Under the pieces are notes generated by a model. That model saw only the letters and a list, made by a program, of their open reading frames with translations, did no database searches and had not been told where the DNA came from. The position numbers and the translations under genes are program-made. A stretch of DNA of 64,000 nt from a plasmid: the sequence record NZ_AP023324.1. The stretch is one strand, 5' to 3'. Below are positions 10,303-21,036 of the stretch, piece after piece (positions within the stretch are counted from its first letter, which is position 1; each line of letters opens with the position of its first letter).

Positions 10303-11263
10303 ATGGCCCGGCTGTCCCCCCTCCCCTCGCCCACGCTGCAATTGCCCGCGATCGTTGCTGCGGCGGATGAGCGGGCGCAGAAGCATTTCCTCGAATTTTT
10401 CGTCGCCACCATCCGCAATGCCCATACCCGGCGCTCCTATGCGCGTGGCGTGTCCGACTTCCTCGCCTGGTGCGCCGAGCGCGGTGTCGTCGCCCTCCCC
10501 AGATCGAACCGATCCATGTCGCGGCTGGATCGAGGAACTGGGCCGCGAACTGTCGGTGCCGACGGTCAAGCAGCGACTGGCGGGGATACGGCATCTGTTC
10601 GACTGGCTGGTGCGCTGTCATGTCGTGCCGACCAATCCGGCGATCTCGGTACGCGGGCCGGCCTATAGCGTTCGGCGTGGCAAGACGCCGGTGCTCGATC
10701 CCATCGAGGCGCGCGAACTGCTCGACAGTATCGACGTGTCGACATGTATAGGGCTTCGTGATCGCGCATTGATCGGGTTGATGGTCTACAGCTTCGCGCG
10801 GGTCGGGGCGGCGCTGGCGTGCCGGGTCGAGGATGTGTTCGTCCAGAACCGCCGCCTTTGGGTGCGGCTGCACGAAAAGGGTGGCAAGCGGCATGAGATG
10901 CCGTGCCACCACAATCTCGACGAATATCTCCATGCCTATATCGACGGCTGCGGGCTGGCTGAGGATCGCAAGGGCTATCTGTTCCGTACCATCGCGCGCG
11001 GCACCGGCCGGCTGTCCCAGACCCCGCTGCCCCAAGCCAATGCCTATCAGATGGTCCGCCGGCGCGCGCTGGCGGCCGGGATCGGCACCGCGATCAACAA
11101 CCATTGTTTCCGTGCGACGGGGATCACCGCCTATCTGAAGAATGGCGGCACCCTCGAGCGCGCGGCCGCGATGGCCAACCATGCCTCCACCCGCACAACC
11201 CAGCTCTATGACCGGCGCTCGGATACGGTGACGCTGGACGAGGTAGAGCGGGTGATCATCTGA
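10303..11263 (+). CDS. tyrosine site-specific recombinase/integrase (frameshifted twice near 10490-10520)
   Basis: N-terminal SAM-like domain (HTRRSYARGVSDFLAWC). C-terminal catalytic domain carries R…HCFRATGITAYL…HASTRTTQLY (R-H-R-Y active-site residues). Confidence 0.75.
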
Positions 11264-11302
11264 CATGTCGGATTGTCGACATGTCGTCAGAAAGGGTGGG
11301 GC

Positions 11303-11779
11303 ATGGAGAATATCACGGCGAACCGACTGGCGGCCGGATCGGTGCTGCGCTTCGCCTATCTCGCGCACCTTGCGCTGGTCTTTCCAATCTGCCTGCTATT
11401 CGGGCTGATCGGCATGATGAGCGGCGGCACGGTCTATCATAACGGCCAGACGGTTCATGGCTTGCCGGCGCTGTTCATCGCGCTGGCGCTGGGGGCCATC
11501 CTTCCCTTGCTGCCGGCCTTGTGGTTCTGGCTGGGTGTCCTGGTCCTGCGGCTCTTGCGGGGCAGGGGGCGGCCTGAGCGTCCGGCAGGACTGAAGCCTC
11601 GCTCTACCGGGCCTTTCCTTCCGCTGGTCGCAGCCGGATGGCGCCCGGCGACCCCGTCGATAGAAGCACCGCGCGCCCGGCCCAATTCATACTCGAAAGC
11701 ACGAATTCAATCGTCCGCGAGGTGGTTTCCCCAAGGGGCAGGGCGCTGGCCCTCCCAAAGTTCGTGCTTTCGAGTATGA
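11303..11779 (+). CDS. hypothetical small membrane protein (3' part runs into iteron DNA and is probably not coding)
   Basis: MENITANRLAAGSVLRFAYLAHLALVFPICLLFGLIGMM… has two or three TM helices. The ORF tail translates the iteron repeat (NSYSKARI). Confidence 0.25.
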   Translation: MENITANRLAAGSVLRFAYLAHLALVFPICLLFGLIGMMSGGTVYHNGQTVHGLPALFIALALGAILPLLPALWFWLGVLVLRLLRGRGRPERPAGLKPRSTGPFLPLVAAGWRPATPSIEAPRARPNSYSKARIQSSARWFPQGAGRWPSQSSCFRV

Positions 11780-11781
11780 AA
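11676..11781. repeat. iteron-type repeats upstream of repA (one direct and one inverted copy of GAATTCATACTCGAAAGCACGAAT)
   Basis: AATTCATACTCGAAAGCACGAAT at ~11681-11703 and its reverse complement at ~11757-11780. The same ~22-24-bp unit occurs four more times downstream of repA. Confidence 0.8.
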
Positions 11782-11787
11782 TCCAAC

Positions 11788-12737
11788 ATGACCCGTACGC
11801 CCACCCCGCGCGCAAAAGGACGCCAGTCCCCGATCGCCGGCCCGCCCACAGGGCGACCTGTTCCACCTCGACAGTCCGCTGACCAGCGAGATCCGGGGCG
11901 AGCGCTCGCTGATGGCCTTTCCCTTCTTCGCGCTCAGCAAGACCGCGTGGATGAAGCCGCTGACCTATCATCACGCCAATGTCTCGATCGAGGTCCGCCC
12001 CTCGGCGCGGGGGGTGGCGACCATCTATGACAAGGAGATCGTCCTCTATATCGCCAGCCTGATGGCGGGAAAGATCGAGCGCGGCGAGGAGGTGGGGCAG
12101 GACTTCGTCTTCACCGCGCATGACCTGTTCTCGGTGACGAGCTCCAACCATTCGGCGCGCTCCTATCAGCGGCTGTCCGAGGCGTTGGAGCGGCTGCAGG
12201 GCACGCAGATCAAGACCAATATCGAGGCGGGCGGCGAGGGCGAAGAGGGCTTCTTCTCGGCTGTCCGAGGCGCGGCTGCATTATTCCAAGACGCGCACCG
12301 GCGAACGGCGGCTGAAGGCGGTCAAGGTGCGGCTGTGCGACTGGCTCCACCGCGCCATCCTGCGCGATCGGCAGGTGCTGGCCTATGCGCGGCCTATTTC
12401 CAGCTCGGCCCGGTCGAACGGCGCATCTATGAGGTGGCGCGCGCGACTGCCGAGGAGGGGCGGCTGGAGATCGACGGCGACCTTCCGGCTCCAGATCGGC
12501 TATCAGAACCCACTCGCCAATTTCCGCGCCGCGATGAAGGCGATCGCGCAGGCCGACGCCATTCCCGATTACCAGGTCGAAGTCATCGAGGATGCCGAGC
12601 CCGAGGAACCCGCTGAGGGCAGGGGGCGGGGGCGGCGCGCGCCCTCCGCCCGGGTGATCGTAACCGCGCGCCCGCCAGCACTTCCGGATGAGGTTTCAGA
12701 GACACCCCGAATCACATCGGCACCCATCGAGACGTGA
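11788..12737 (+). CDS. repA: plasmid replication initiator protein A (RPA/RepA family), multiple frameshifts
   Basis: LMAFPFFALSKTAWMKPLTYHHANVSIEVRPSARGVATIYDKEIVLYIASLMAG…YQRLSEALERLQGTQIKTNIEAGGEGEEGFFS is the hallmark N-terminus of the alphaproteobacterial RPA family. Downstream pieces (RLCDWLHRAILRDRQVLAYA, YFQLGPVERRIYEVARAT, FRAAMKAIAQADAIPDYQVEVIED) are spread over three frames. Probable start MTRTPTPRAKG at 11788, with a frame change before QGDLFHLDSPL. Confidence 0.7.
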
Positions 12738-12752
12738 TTCGCGGGGCGCGAC

Positions 12753-12905
12753 CCAATTCATACTTGATAGCACGAATTATCGGCGTGAATTCATACTCGA
12801 AAGCACGAATGCTTCGCCGAATTCCTATCCGATAGCACGAATGACGCGCCCGAATTTTGTAATTCGGGCGGTGTTTTTGAATTCATACTCGAAAGCACGA
12901 ATCGT
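12753..12905. repeat. iteron array downstream of repA (four copies/variants of GAATTCATACTCGAAAGCACGAAT)
   Basis: Copies at ~12753-12776 (variant AATTCATACTTGATAGCACGAAT), ~12786-12808, ~12818-12842 (variant) and ~12881-12904. Confidence 0.8.
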
Positions 12906-13374
12906 CACGGCTTACTTTGTTGGAGATTTACTGCAAGGTTAACCCATATCGCGGGTCGAGACCTGTGAAGGCAGCATATGGGAGCGGTCGTGACCACATA
13001 AAGGAAAGCCCGGCACGAAGGCCGGGCATCCAGTACTACAGGAGCGACGTCGCCAAACGTCGATCCGGGGCATCACACACCCCCTCCTGATACGCCTGTC
13101 GCCCCTGCGGTTCAAGGATGCGCGCTTCGCGCCACGCCCTTTCTCGTCCTTTTTTGGTCCGGCCCCGGAAATAAGGGGAAGGAAGATGACGGCGTTCACC
13201 TTTGGTGAAGCGACGACGCGCGCTTGCGCAGGCCGCGGCCACGCGATCGGGGACATCCGTGCGCGTAGGCCATCGCACCGGCGCGCGTGTCCGCCGTGAC
13301 AGCATCGAGGCGGGGACGTTCGAGGACATGTTCTTCGCCACGCCGGCCAAGGGGAGTGTGACCGGCTGATCCGC

Positions 13375-14034
13375 ATGGCCCGCACCGCGCTCGATGCCGG
13401 TCGGCGGATCAAACGCGAGGCACGGGGGCAGGGCAGGGCGCTGACCGGCCCCGAACACGCGCTGGCCAGCCTGACGGCGGGGGCGGTGCGGGTCTATGAG
13501 GAGCTGTGCACGCTCGCCCGGCTCAATGCGGGCCGTGTCTATCCCAGCTATGACCGCCGGCCGCCGCGACCGCGCTCGGCCGCGCCACCGTCGCGCGCGC
13601 GCTCAGATCTGGAGGAAGCTGGCTTCCTCGTCCGCCAGCGCCGGTTCCGCCGGGTGGAAGGCGAGGGGCCGGGGCCGCGCTGGGAACAGACCTCCAACGC
13701 CTATCGGCCGGTCGTGCCCAAGCAGCTGTTATCGCTATTACCCCGCTGGCTCCGCCCCGCCCCGGTTCCCGACGATGCCCTTCAGCATGTGGCGGAGCAG
13801 GCCGAGGAACAGGAACGGCTCAAGGCGCAACTGACCTGTCGCGAACTGGCGCAGTTCACCGTGGGGGGAGCGCTAGGCCGCGTACTGGCCCGGCTGGGCA
13901 TTGCGATTGATCGACAGATGCCCGTGCGAGAGTCTCATGCCGATCCTGAACCCCTCCCCAGTTTATTTGAGAAGGAGAATAAAGCCTCCCCCTTGCCAGG
14001 TGAGACGCCCCTTAGTGGCCATGAGACCACGTAG
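13375..14034 (+). CDS. hypothetical helix-turn-helix (winged-helix-like) protein, frameshifted
   Basis: …VYEELCTLARLNAGRVYPSYDR… and, in the alternate frame, LGRATVARALRSLEEAGFLVRQRRF are typical of plasmid-borne wHTH proteins. The 3' half has no recognisable domain. Confidence 0.35.
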   Translation: MARTALDAGRRIKREARGQGRALTGPEHALASLTAGAVRVYEELCTLARLNAGRVYPSYDRRPPRPRSAAPPSRARSDLEEAGFLVRQRRFRRVEGEGPGPRWEQTSNAYRPVVPKQLLSLLPRWLRPAPVPDDALQHVAEQAEEQERLKAQLTCRELAQFTVGGALGRVLARLGIAIDRQMPVRESHADPEPLPSLFEKENKASPLPGETPLSGHETT

Positions 14035-14246
14035 AACGCCCACCGCAAACGACATAACTAGGGGAAATGACGGGAAGCGCCGGCTTCGCCGACGCCATGC
14101 TCCCTAGAAGGAGCAAGCGGATCCGTCAGCCTGTCTTTCGGCCTGTTTGGTGATGTGGAGGAGGAGAGTGGAAATAAGCCTGATCCGGCCATCATGTGCC
14201 GTTTCCTACTCGACACGTCGGCCTGTCGACATGTAGTCTATATGAC

Positions 14247-14897
14247 ATGCCGACAATCGCGATCATCAGCCAAAAGGGCGGTGCGGGAAAAACGACCTTG
14301 GCCATCCATCTTGCCGCCGCAGGACAGGAAGTGGGACAGGTGTCGCTCATCATCGACACCGATCCCAGGGCGACCGCCAGCCAATGGGCGTCGGCGCGAG
14401 GACGCGCCCCCCGAAGTCATCGACAGCCCACCTCCACGCCTCGCCGCCAAGGTCGAACAGGCCAGGGGGCAGGGGGCCAAGCTGATCGTCATCGACACGC
14501 CGCCCCATGCCGATAGCGCCGCCCGCGCCGCAGTCGAGGCGGCCGACTGGTACTGATCCCCTGCCGTCCGAGCGCCTTCGACCTCTCGGCGATCCAGACG
14601 ACCGCCAAACTGGTCCAGCTGCTGCGCAAACCAGCCTTCGTCGTGTTCACCGCCGGCAACCCCAACGCGCCGCGCGTCTATGCCGAGGCGGGCGAACTGG
14701 TCGAAAGCTATGGCACCCCGCCATGCCCCGTCCTGATCCCCGACCGGGCCGCGTACCGCCACGCCTCGGCGGAGGGGCGCACCGTCATGGAAACCGAACC
14801 GGCGGGCAAGGCGGCCGAAGAAATTCGTGAACTCTACAAGTGGACATGTCGACAACTAGACCTGCCCGTCGCTCGTTTTAAGAAGGTCCCTGCATGA
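14247..14897 (+). CDS. parA: ParA-family partition ATPase (two frameshifts)
   Basis: MPTIAIISQKGGAGKTTLAIHLAAA (deviant Walker A) …LIVIDTPPHAD…VLIPCRPSAFDL…VFTAGNPNAPR. The pieces lie in three frames. Confidence 0.75.
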
Positions 14898-15168
14898 GCC
14901 GCAAACCCAGCTTCGCCAATCTGCGCGATCGTACCGCGCCAGTCGCGGCGCAAGCCCATCAAACTCCGTTACTAATAGCGATGATGGAAGAGCCAGTCGT
15001 CCTGCTAGTCGAGAGGGCCGCAAACAGATCGCTGGCTTCTTCACGCCTGAAATGTCTTTAGCAATGCATATGATGGCACGACGGCAGGGGCGAAGCCTTC
15101 AGGCGCTAATGGCAGAGGCGTTTGACGATGTGCTGCGCAAATATGGGGAAAGCCCGGTGGGGGGATGA
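14894..15168 (+). CDS. ribbon-helix-helix partition/centromere-binding protein (ParG/CopG-like), one frameshift
   Basis: ATG overlaps the parA stop (ATGA). MSRKPSFANLRDRTAP… then, in the +2 frame, …KQIAGFFTPEMSLAMHMMARRQGRSLQALMAEAFDDVLRKYGE, an RHH-type fold. Not in the supplied ORF track because of the frameshift. Confidence 0.5.
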
Positions 15169-15190
15169 GACTGTGCCTTTTGAGACAGGC

Positions 15191-16243
15191 TAGAGCAGAT
15201 TCCGATCAGTATGCATCGTATCCGGCAGCGGCGAAGTAGTTGGCGCATTCGGCGGGCGTGAAGGTGTCGATGGCGGCACCTATGGCGCGGGACAGATCGT
15301 CGACGGTTTGTGCAGCGGCTTTGCGCAGGAGTGCTTTCAGCTTGGCGAAGGCGTTTTCGATCGGATTGAAGTCGGGCGAGTAAGGCGGAAGGAAGAGCAG
15401 CCGGCGCCCCTTGCCTCGACCGCCTCCCGCGCCGCGACGCTTTTGTGGGCGGGCAGGTTGTCCAGGATCACAACGTCGCCCCGTTTCAGCGTTGGAGCGA
15501 GTACCCGGGCAACCAGGCCTCGAACCACGCCCCGGTCATCGGTCCGTCGATGACGAGCGGTGCGGTCATGCCCGAGAGCCGCAAGCCACCGACGAACGTG
15601 GTCGTCATCCAGTGTCCGTGCGGTACAGCCATGCGCAGCCGTTCGCCACGTGGAGCGCGTCCATAGCGGCGTGCCATCTTCGTACTGGCACCCGTCTCAT
15701 CGACGAAGACCAGCGTTTCCGGATCGAGGTCGAGCTGGCCATCGAACTAGGCCTCGCGCGCGCTCAGGACGTCGGGGCGGTCCTGTTCCTGCGCGTGGCC
15801 AGTCTTTTTTTGCGCGTATGCCCGTGACGGGCGAAGAAGCGCCACAGCGTCGATACCGCGACCGCGATCCCCTCGGCGGCCAGGCCCTCGCGCAGCTCGG
15901 CAAGAGTGATGTCGGGAGCCGCCTCGCACAGCGCCCAGATGCGCGCCGCCTTGGCCTCGGTCGTGGCCGAGCGCGTGTCACCGTCCTGCGGCTTGGCCGC
16001 TGGCTTTCCCTGATCGCGCTGAAGGGCCACCCACCTCACGGCACTGGCTGCGCTGACCCCGAACCGTGCGCGGCCGCCCGGCGTGACATGCCTCCCGAAA
16101 TGGCACCAACAACCCGCTCGCGCAGGTCCATCGATAACGGCTTGCCCATCTGACCGGCCTCCCCTCGCCGGGGACGAGCATGAATCAGACTTCACTCCCT
16201 TTGGGAATCCCTCAACGATTCACACTGATCGGATTTTGCTCTA
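15191..16243 (-). mobile_element. IS630-family insertion sequence (~1.05 kb) with ~20-bp terminal inverted repeats and TA ends
   Basis: Left end TAGAGCAGATTCCGATCAGT (15191-15210). Right end ACTGATCGGATTTTGCTCTA (16224-16243), i.e. 18/20 inverted identity. Both ends begin/end with TA, the IS630 target dinucleotide. The internal gene encodes an IS630 transposase. Confidence 0.8.
15208..16195 (-). CDS. IS630-family transposase (OrfA HTH part plus DDE OrfB part; frameshifts, one possibly programmed)
   Basis: N-terminus …RFGVSAASAVRWVALQRDQGKPAAKPQDGDTRS…DITLAELREGLAAEGIAVAVSTLWRFF. C-terminal pieces VILDNLPAHKS and …YSPDFNPIENAFAKLKALLRKAAAQTVDDL are the conserved IS630 DDE-domain motifs. Confidence 0.75.
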
Positions 16244-16389
16244 ACCTATCAGCGGCCTGAAAATGGGGAGCACGTCAACCTGCTATGACTACCGCATAAT
16301 CCATTTCACTGCCTTTGCCTATTTCACCGCTCTCGCAATCTATCTACATCGAATGGTGATTGACTTTAAATCAAGTCTTACTACCTCAA

Positions 16390-17579
16390 TCAGGTCGTAG
16401 CAATCGCATACCGAGGAAGTTCACTTTGATTATTAACAATAACTTCAGCGCGGGCAACTTCATATGCAAAATTACGCAGAAAATGACCTCGAGCAAAACG
16501 CTGTGCATTAGTGATCGCAGCCTCTGGGTCAAAGCTTGGGAGCCAAGTATCAAAGCGATTTAGTGCGTCGATCAGCGATTCTGCGGTCTGTTCATAAAAG
16601 TGAATGCCTGTCACGCCATCGATCACTGTTTCCGTGCCGCCTCCGCGGCCGAAGACGACGACCGGACGACCAGCTGCCTGAGACTCGACCGGAATGATGC
16701 CGAAGTCTTCTTCGGCAGTGAAAATCAGTGCGGAGGCTCGAGCATAGGCAGCCCGTAGGTCGTCGAAGCGCATCCGCGTGGTAAAGCGCACGTTTGGACC
16801 AGCTCGTGCCTTCAGCATTTTTAACATTGGGCCATCGCCGATGACGTGCAGTTTGCGGCCGGTTCAGTGAAGGCATCAACTGCTATATCAGGGCGCTTAT
16901 AGGGAACGAGTTGGCTGATCCAGACGCACTCGTCGCTGACATCGTCCGTTCGTTGGAACAGGTCGACATCGACTGGCGGATAGACGACGCTGGCATCACG
17001 CCCCCAGAATTTGCCGATGCGACGCCGGACAAACTGGCTATTGGCAATGATGAGGTCGGGTCGTGAGGCGCTTGAGCGGTCCCAGGCACGCATACGCGGC
17101 GCAATCAATTTCAAGTACAGCCCGGCCAGACGCCCGCTGGCAGCTCGATAGGCATGATACTGATCCCACAGATACCGCATAGGCGAATGGCAATAAGTGA
17201 CGTGAATCGCGTCGGGTCGGGTGATCACGCCTTTAGCCGGGCCAGCCTCACAGCTAATGACCAAGTCGTAGGCGCTGAGGTCGAGCGCCTCAAGCGCACC
17301 AGGCATTAGTGGGAGGTATTTCTGATATTGTCTCCGGGCGAAGGGTAGCTTGGCAATCGCTGTCGTAAAGATACGGTGTCGCTTAATAGTCTGCGACAAG
17401 GCGGAATGATCGACAACATGGGTGAAAATGTCGGCATCCGGGTACAAGTCACAGATTCGCTCCAGTACGCGTTCACCACCGCGCATTACCACCAGCCAGT
17501 AATGGATGATGGCGACCTTGCGAGGCCTGACTGGAGCAGGAGCAGGGACGTCAGGCATCGGGGGCAGGGCGGAGGTCAT
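16390..17579 (-). CDS. glycosyltransferase family 1 (GT4-like), frameshift near 16830-16860
   Basis: C-terminus has the GT1 motif (…FTAEEDFGIIPVESQAAGRPVVVFGRGGGTETVIDGVTG). The N-terminal half (ORF 16821..17579) is the GT-B N-domain. Lower GC than the flanks. Confidence 0.65.
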
Positions 17580-17648
17580 TTATGGATATCCTGTCGAAAT
17601 GAAAGCGGTAGCGGCGTCAGGAAAAGGGCGAGCTACGATCTGATAGTA

Positions 17649-18661
17649 TTACAGGCGGGGCGGCGTTTCCTGCTGGTCTAGCAGGGTCGCCTGCGCCACC
17701 CATCGCCGTCCACCTTGCCCAAGCGCGAGGCCGAAGGCCGGCAACAGGCCGAGCTGTTTCATGACGAGATAGGCTATAACCGGCGCGCCCATGCCGATCG
17801 CCGTGCACAGGACGAGATACAGCCAACTGATGGGCGGCACGTGCAAGATTTTCATCAAAATGATTCGCGCACCAGCGCCGGCAAGAATATGCATGACGTA
17901 GATTGCCATCGACATGGTACCGATCGCCACCAGCGCGGCCACATGTTCCAGCCGCTGCGAAATCCATAGCATCACCACGATCCCACCGATAGCGGCAGGC
18001 AGCATGAGTACGGAGTTGTAGTTGCTGAAGCCATGATGATGGGCGACGGCGATGGCGGCGGCGCCCAGCAGCGTTAAGCCCGCCGCAACCCCGCCACCTA
18101 TGCGTAGCAGGTCACGCAGCTTCGGACGACCCATCGCCATTCCCGCAACGAAGAAGATCGGAAAATGTAGTAATTGATGGCCAAAATTGTCTTTCGGTAG
18201 CCATTCTCCGATCAGGAAGGCAGCCAAGGCGGGACGAAGAATAGCGGCAGTGGCAGGACGCTGGCCAGCATCATGAACAGGAATAGCGCATATAAGAACC
18301 AGAAAGGTGAAATAGGTGCCCAGGCGATGTAAAGCATTTGACGGGGGTCAAAGGCATTGTTGGTGACATGGCTGAGTACGGTCATGATGGTGCCCGACAA
18401 TAGAGACCAGAGCACATAGGGATACAGCACGGAGGCGATTTTGCTGCGTCGAAAATAGGTCATCCCTTTGCCAAGGCTGTTTGGCACGTTGAGACCGGCC
18501 AAAAACATGAACAGTGGCATATGGAATGTGTACAGCGCGAAATCGAATAACTGCCAGCGGACATCCCGAAGCGTCCCCGCCGACACCAACCCACGCTCCA
18601 TGTGGCCGAGCACGACCAGGAATATTCCTATACCCTTCGAGGCATCCTGGGGGCACCTCAA
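17649..18661 (-). CDS. acyltransferase family 3 membrane protein (OatA/OafA-like O-acyltransferase), frameshift near 18215
   Basis: …GIGIFLVVLGHMERG…FHMPLFMFLAGL… plus ~8 further TM helices in the second fragment, consistent with Pfam Acyl_transf_3. Confidence 0.6.
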
Positions 18662-18795
18662 GGTTTGTCATATGGACAGCGGCAGTCGGAACAAATGGTC
18701 AACAAAAGCCTGAGCGTTGCCGCAAAGTATATTAAGTTTCGTGGGTTTGTGAGGTTGGACGAGTTGGAAGTTACCGGATCACCTCTCGTGATGTT

Positions 18796-19619
18796 TCACC
18801 CGCGGAGCTCGTAGTAGACGATCTGCCATCCATTCTTGGGACCGCGCCACTGGGTGATCTGAAAGCTATGGGCTTGTGCAGACCCGTCGAGGACGCGGCT
18901 ACTCCACCGTAGCGTTTCATCGTAACTGCTTCCGGACGATAACGCACCCGCTATGCGCCGAATGGGCAGCTTGGCGGGGAGCCTGCGGATGCGTCGGCCA
19001 TCGTTGCCGACAAAGATAACGTCTTCGGCCACGCTTCGTCTTGGAACAGCCAACCAGTCGACCTGTTTGCCGGCCTGCTCCTGTCGCAAAACAGACGCGA
19101 TCTCTTTCGCATCGCTAACGGCTTGGATTTGGAGCTGTTCATTGGTGAGTTTTGCCGAGCACTCAGGTTCGATCGCTTGTAAACTTTCTGCCGCTAATGC
19201 CTTCGATCCATCCCGACGATAGTCGTCGATTTCCAGCGCCACCCCTCAGCACTGTTCCGCCAAAGCGTCTTATATGATCCAACTCGATTTCCGCCATCGT
19301 ACAGCCCGCCGATAACAACTGCCGACCCGCTCGGATCACAGGACGGAAAGACAAGTTCGGGTCTGCGCTCGGCATGGCTCTCGACACTCATCATTGTGAG
19401 CCACCACCTTCGGCTACTCTCGGCTGCTTGCAACATGCTGGCCACAGATGGAGAGCGCGCGGTTTCGGGCGCATGTTGTATTGGCCAGGGGTCGCTTTGT
19501 GGACCGAAACTGCGTGCCGCTGCCTGACGGCCACTGGCAAGTACAGCTTCCGAGTAGGCCCGCTCCGCCTCCAGCGCGGAATTCGGCGAACTTGCCGCTA
19601 GTAGAAGCGCGAAGATCAT
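18796..19619 (-). CDS. secreted hypothetical protein (signal peptide MIFALLLAASSPNSALEA), two ORF fragments
   Basis: ORFs 19194..19619 and 18796..19242 overlap in different frames. No recognisable domain. Confidence 0.35.
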
Positions 19620-19639
19620 GGCGAAATCCTACTCCTCAA

Positions 19640-20219
19640 TCAACGTGTCGAGCGATGTACGGGCATCTGCGCCGGATGGTTGAGCGCCCGATAGAGCGTG
19701 GCATGATGACACTTCAGCAGCTTCGCCGCTTCGCGCACCGATGTGCCTTCGCCGACGAGACGCTGTCCGAGCGCGATCTGGTCCGGAGTGAGCTTGGGCT
19801 TACGCCCGAACTTCACGCCGCGCGCCATGGCTGCCGCGCGGCCGGAACTGGTACGCTGGTGGATCAGCTCGCGCTCGAACTCCGCGATGCCGGCGAACAC
19901 GGTGAGCACCATGCGTCCCGCAGGCGTGGTCGTGTCGGCCCGGGCTCGGCGAGCGAGCGCAGCCCGCTCCCGCCTCGTTCAGCTTCTCGGCGATGTCGAG
20001 CAGGTCGCGCGTCGACCGCGCTAGGCGATCGAGCCGGGTGACCACAACCACGTCGTCGTCGCGCAGCTGCTCCAGCATCCGGTCGAGTTCCGGTCGGGCG
20101 CGCTTGGCGCCGGACACCTTCTCCTCGAATGTCCGCCGGCATCCGGCCGCCTTCAGTGCCGTCTTTTGAAGCGTGAGATCCTGATCGTCGGTAGATACGC
20201 GCGCATAGCCGAGGAGCAT
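19640..20219 (-). CDS. tnpR: serine recombinase/resolvase (Tn3-family TnpR-like), frameshift near 19915
   Basis: MLLGYARVSTDDQDLTLQ…VVTRLDRLARSTRDLL…FAGIAEFERELI…C-terminal HTH (TSVREAAKLLKCHHATLYRAL). Confidence 0.75.
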
Positions 20220-20289
20220 GTCGCAGATGTGCATTGGAACACGGCTGATTAGCAACAGACATTTGCGACAGCGTCCGCCCTCGTGGCGT

Positions 20290-20343
20290 GACCGGTTGTA
20301 AACGCTCGCGCTAAGTGGCGGCATTCTGATCGCGCTATTTGTC
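20290..20343. repeat. left terminal inverted repeat of nested Tn552-like element
   Basis: 52/54 identical to the reverse complement of 23317-23370. Confidence 0.8.
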
Positions 20344-20923
20344 GGCGAGCGTCGCTACGCGGCTACCGGCTTGGTCTCGGCCGATCGCACATAGGCGTAG
20401 AGTGTTGGCTTGGAGATGCCGAGCATCGAGCAAATCTTGGCGATCGGCATCGTGTTCTCGTGGTAGAGCCTGACGGCGGTCGCGCTTGTCCTTGCCGAGT
20501 GCGGCCGGCCGGCCACCCTTCTTGCCGCGAGCGCGGGCTGCGGTGAGACCGGCACGGGTCCGCTCGCGGATCAGGTTGCGCTCGAACTCCGCCAATGCCC
20601 CGAACAGGTGGAAGGTAAGCTTGCCCGACGTGGTGGTCGTGTCGATCGCCTCGTGCAGGCTCAGCAGCCCGACCTTTTCCTCGTCGAGGTAGGTCATCCA
20701 TCCGATCAGATCACGGAGCGAGCGGCCGAGCCTGTCGAGGCGCCAGACCACCAGTGTGTCGCCGGCGCGAAGCAGCTCCTTCACCTTTTCCAATCCAGGG
20801 CGAGCGGCAGTCGCCCCGGAGGCCTTGTCGGTGATGACCTTCTCGCAGCCGGCAGCCTTCAGCGCATCACGCTGGAGGTCCGGTTCTGCTCGGCGGTCGA
20901 TACGCGGGCGTAACCGATTTTCA
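20335..20923 (-). CDS. serine recombinase/resolvase of the nested element (TniR/BinL-like), frameshifted
   Basis: MKIGYARVSTAEQ…LQRDALKAAGCEKV…VVWRLDRLGRSLRDL…FGALAEFERNLI. C-terminal HTH fragment (…LYHENTMPIAKICSMLGISKPTLYAYVR) in ORF 20355..20555. Confidence 0.7.
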
Positions 20924-21036
20924 TGCGTAGGGCCGGTGGCGCCCGATCGGGCGCGGTTTGGGAAGAAAGTCGTCATCGGCAGGTCTATGTTGCCCTAGTT
21001 TTCTTTACCGGGTAGATTTACGTCGAACAGGCCGGT

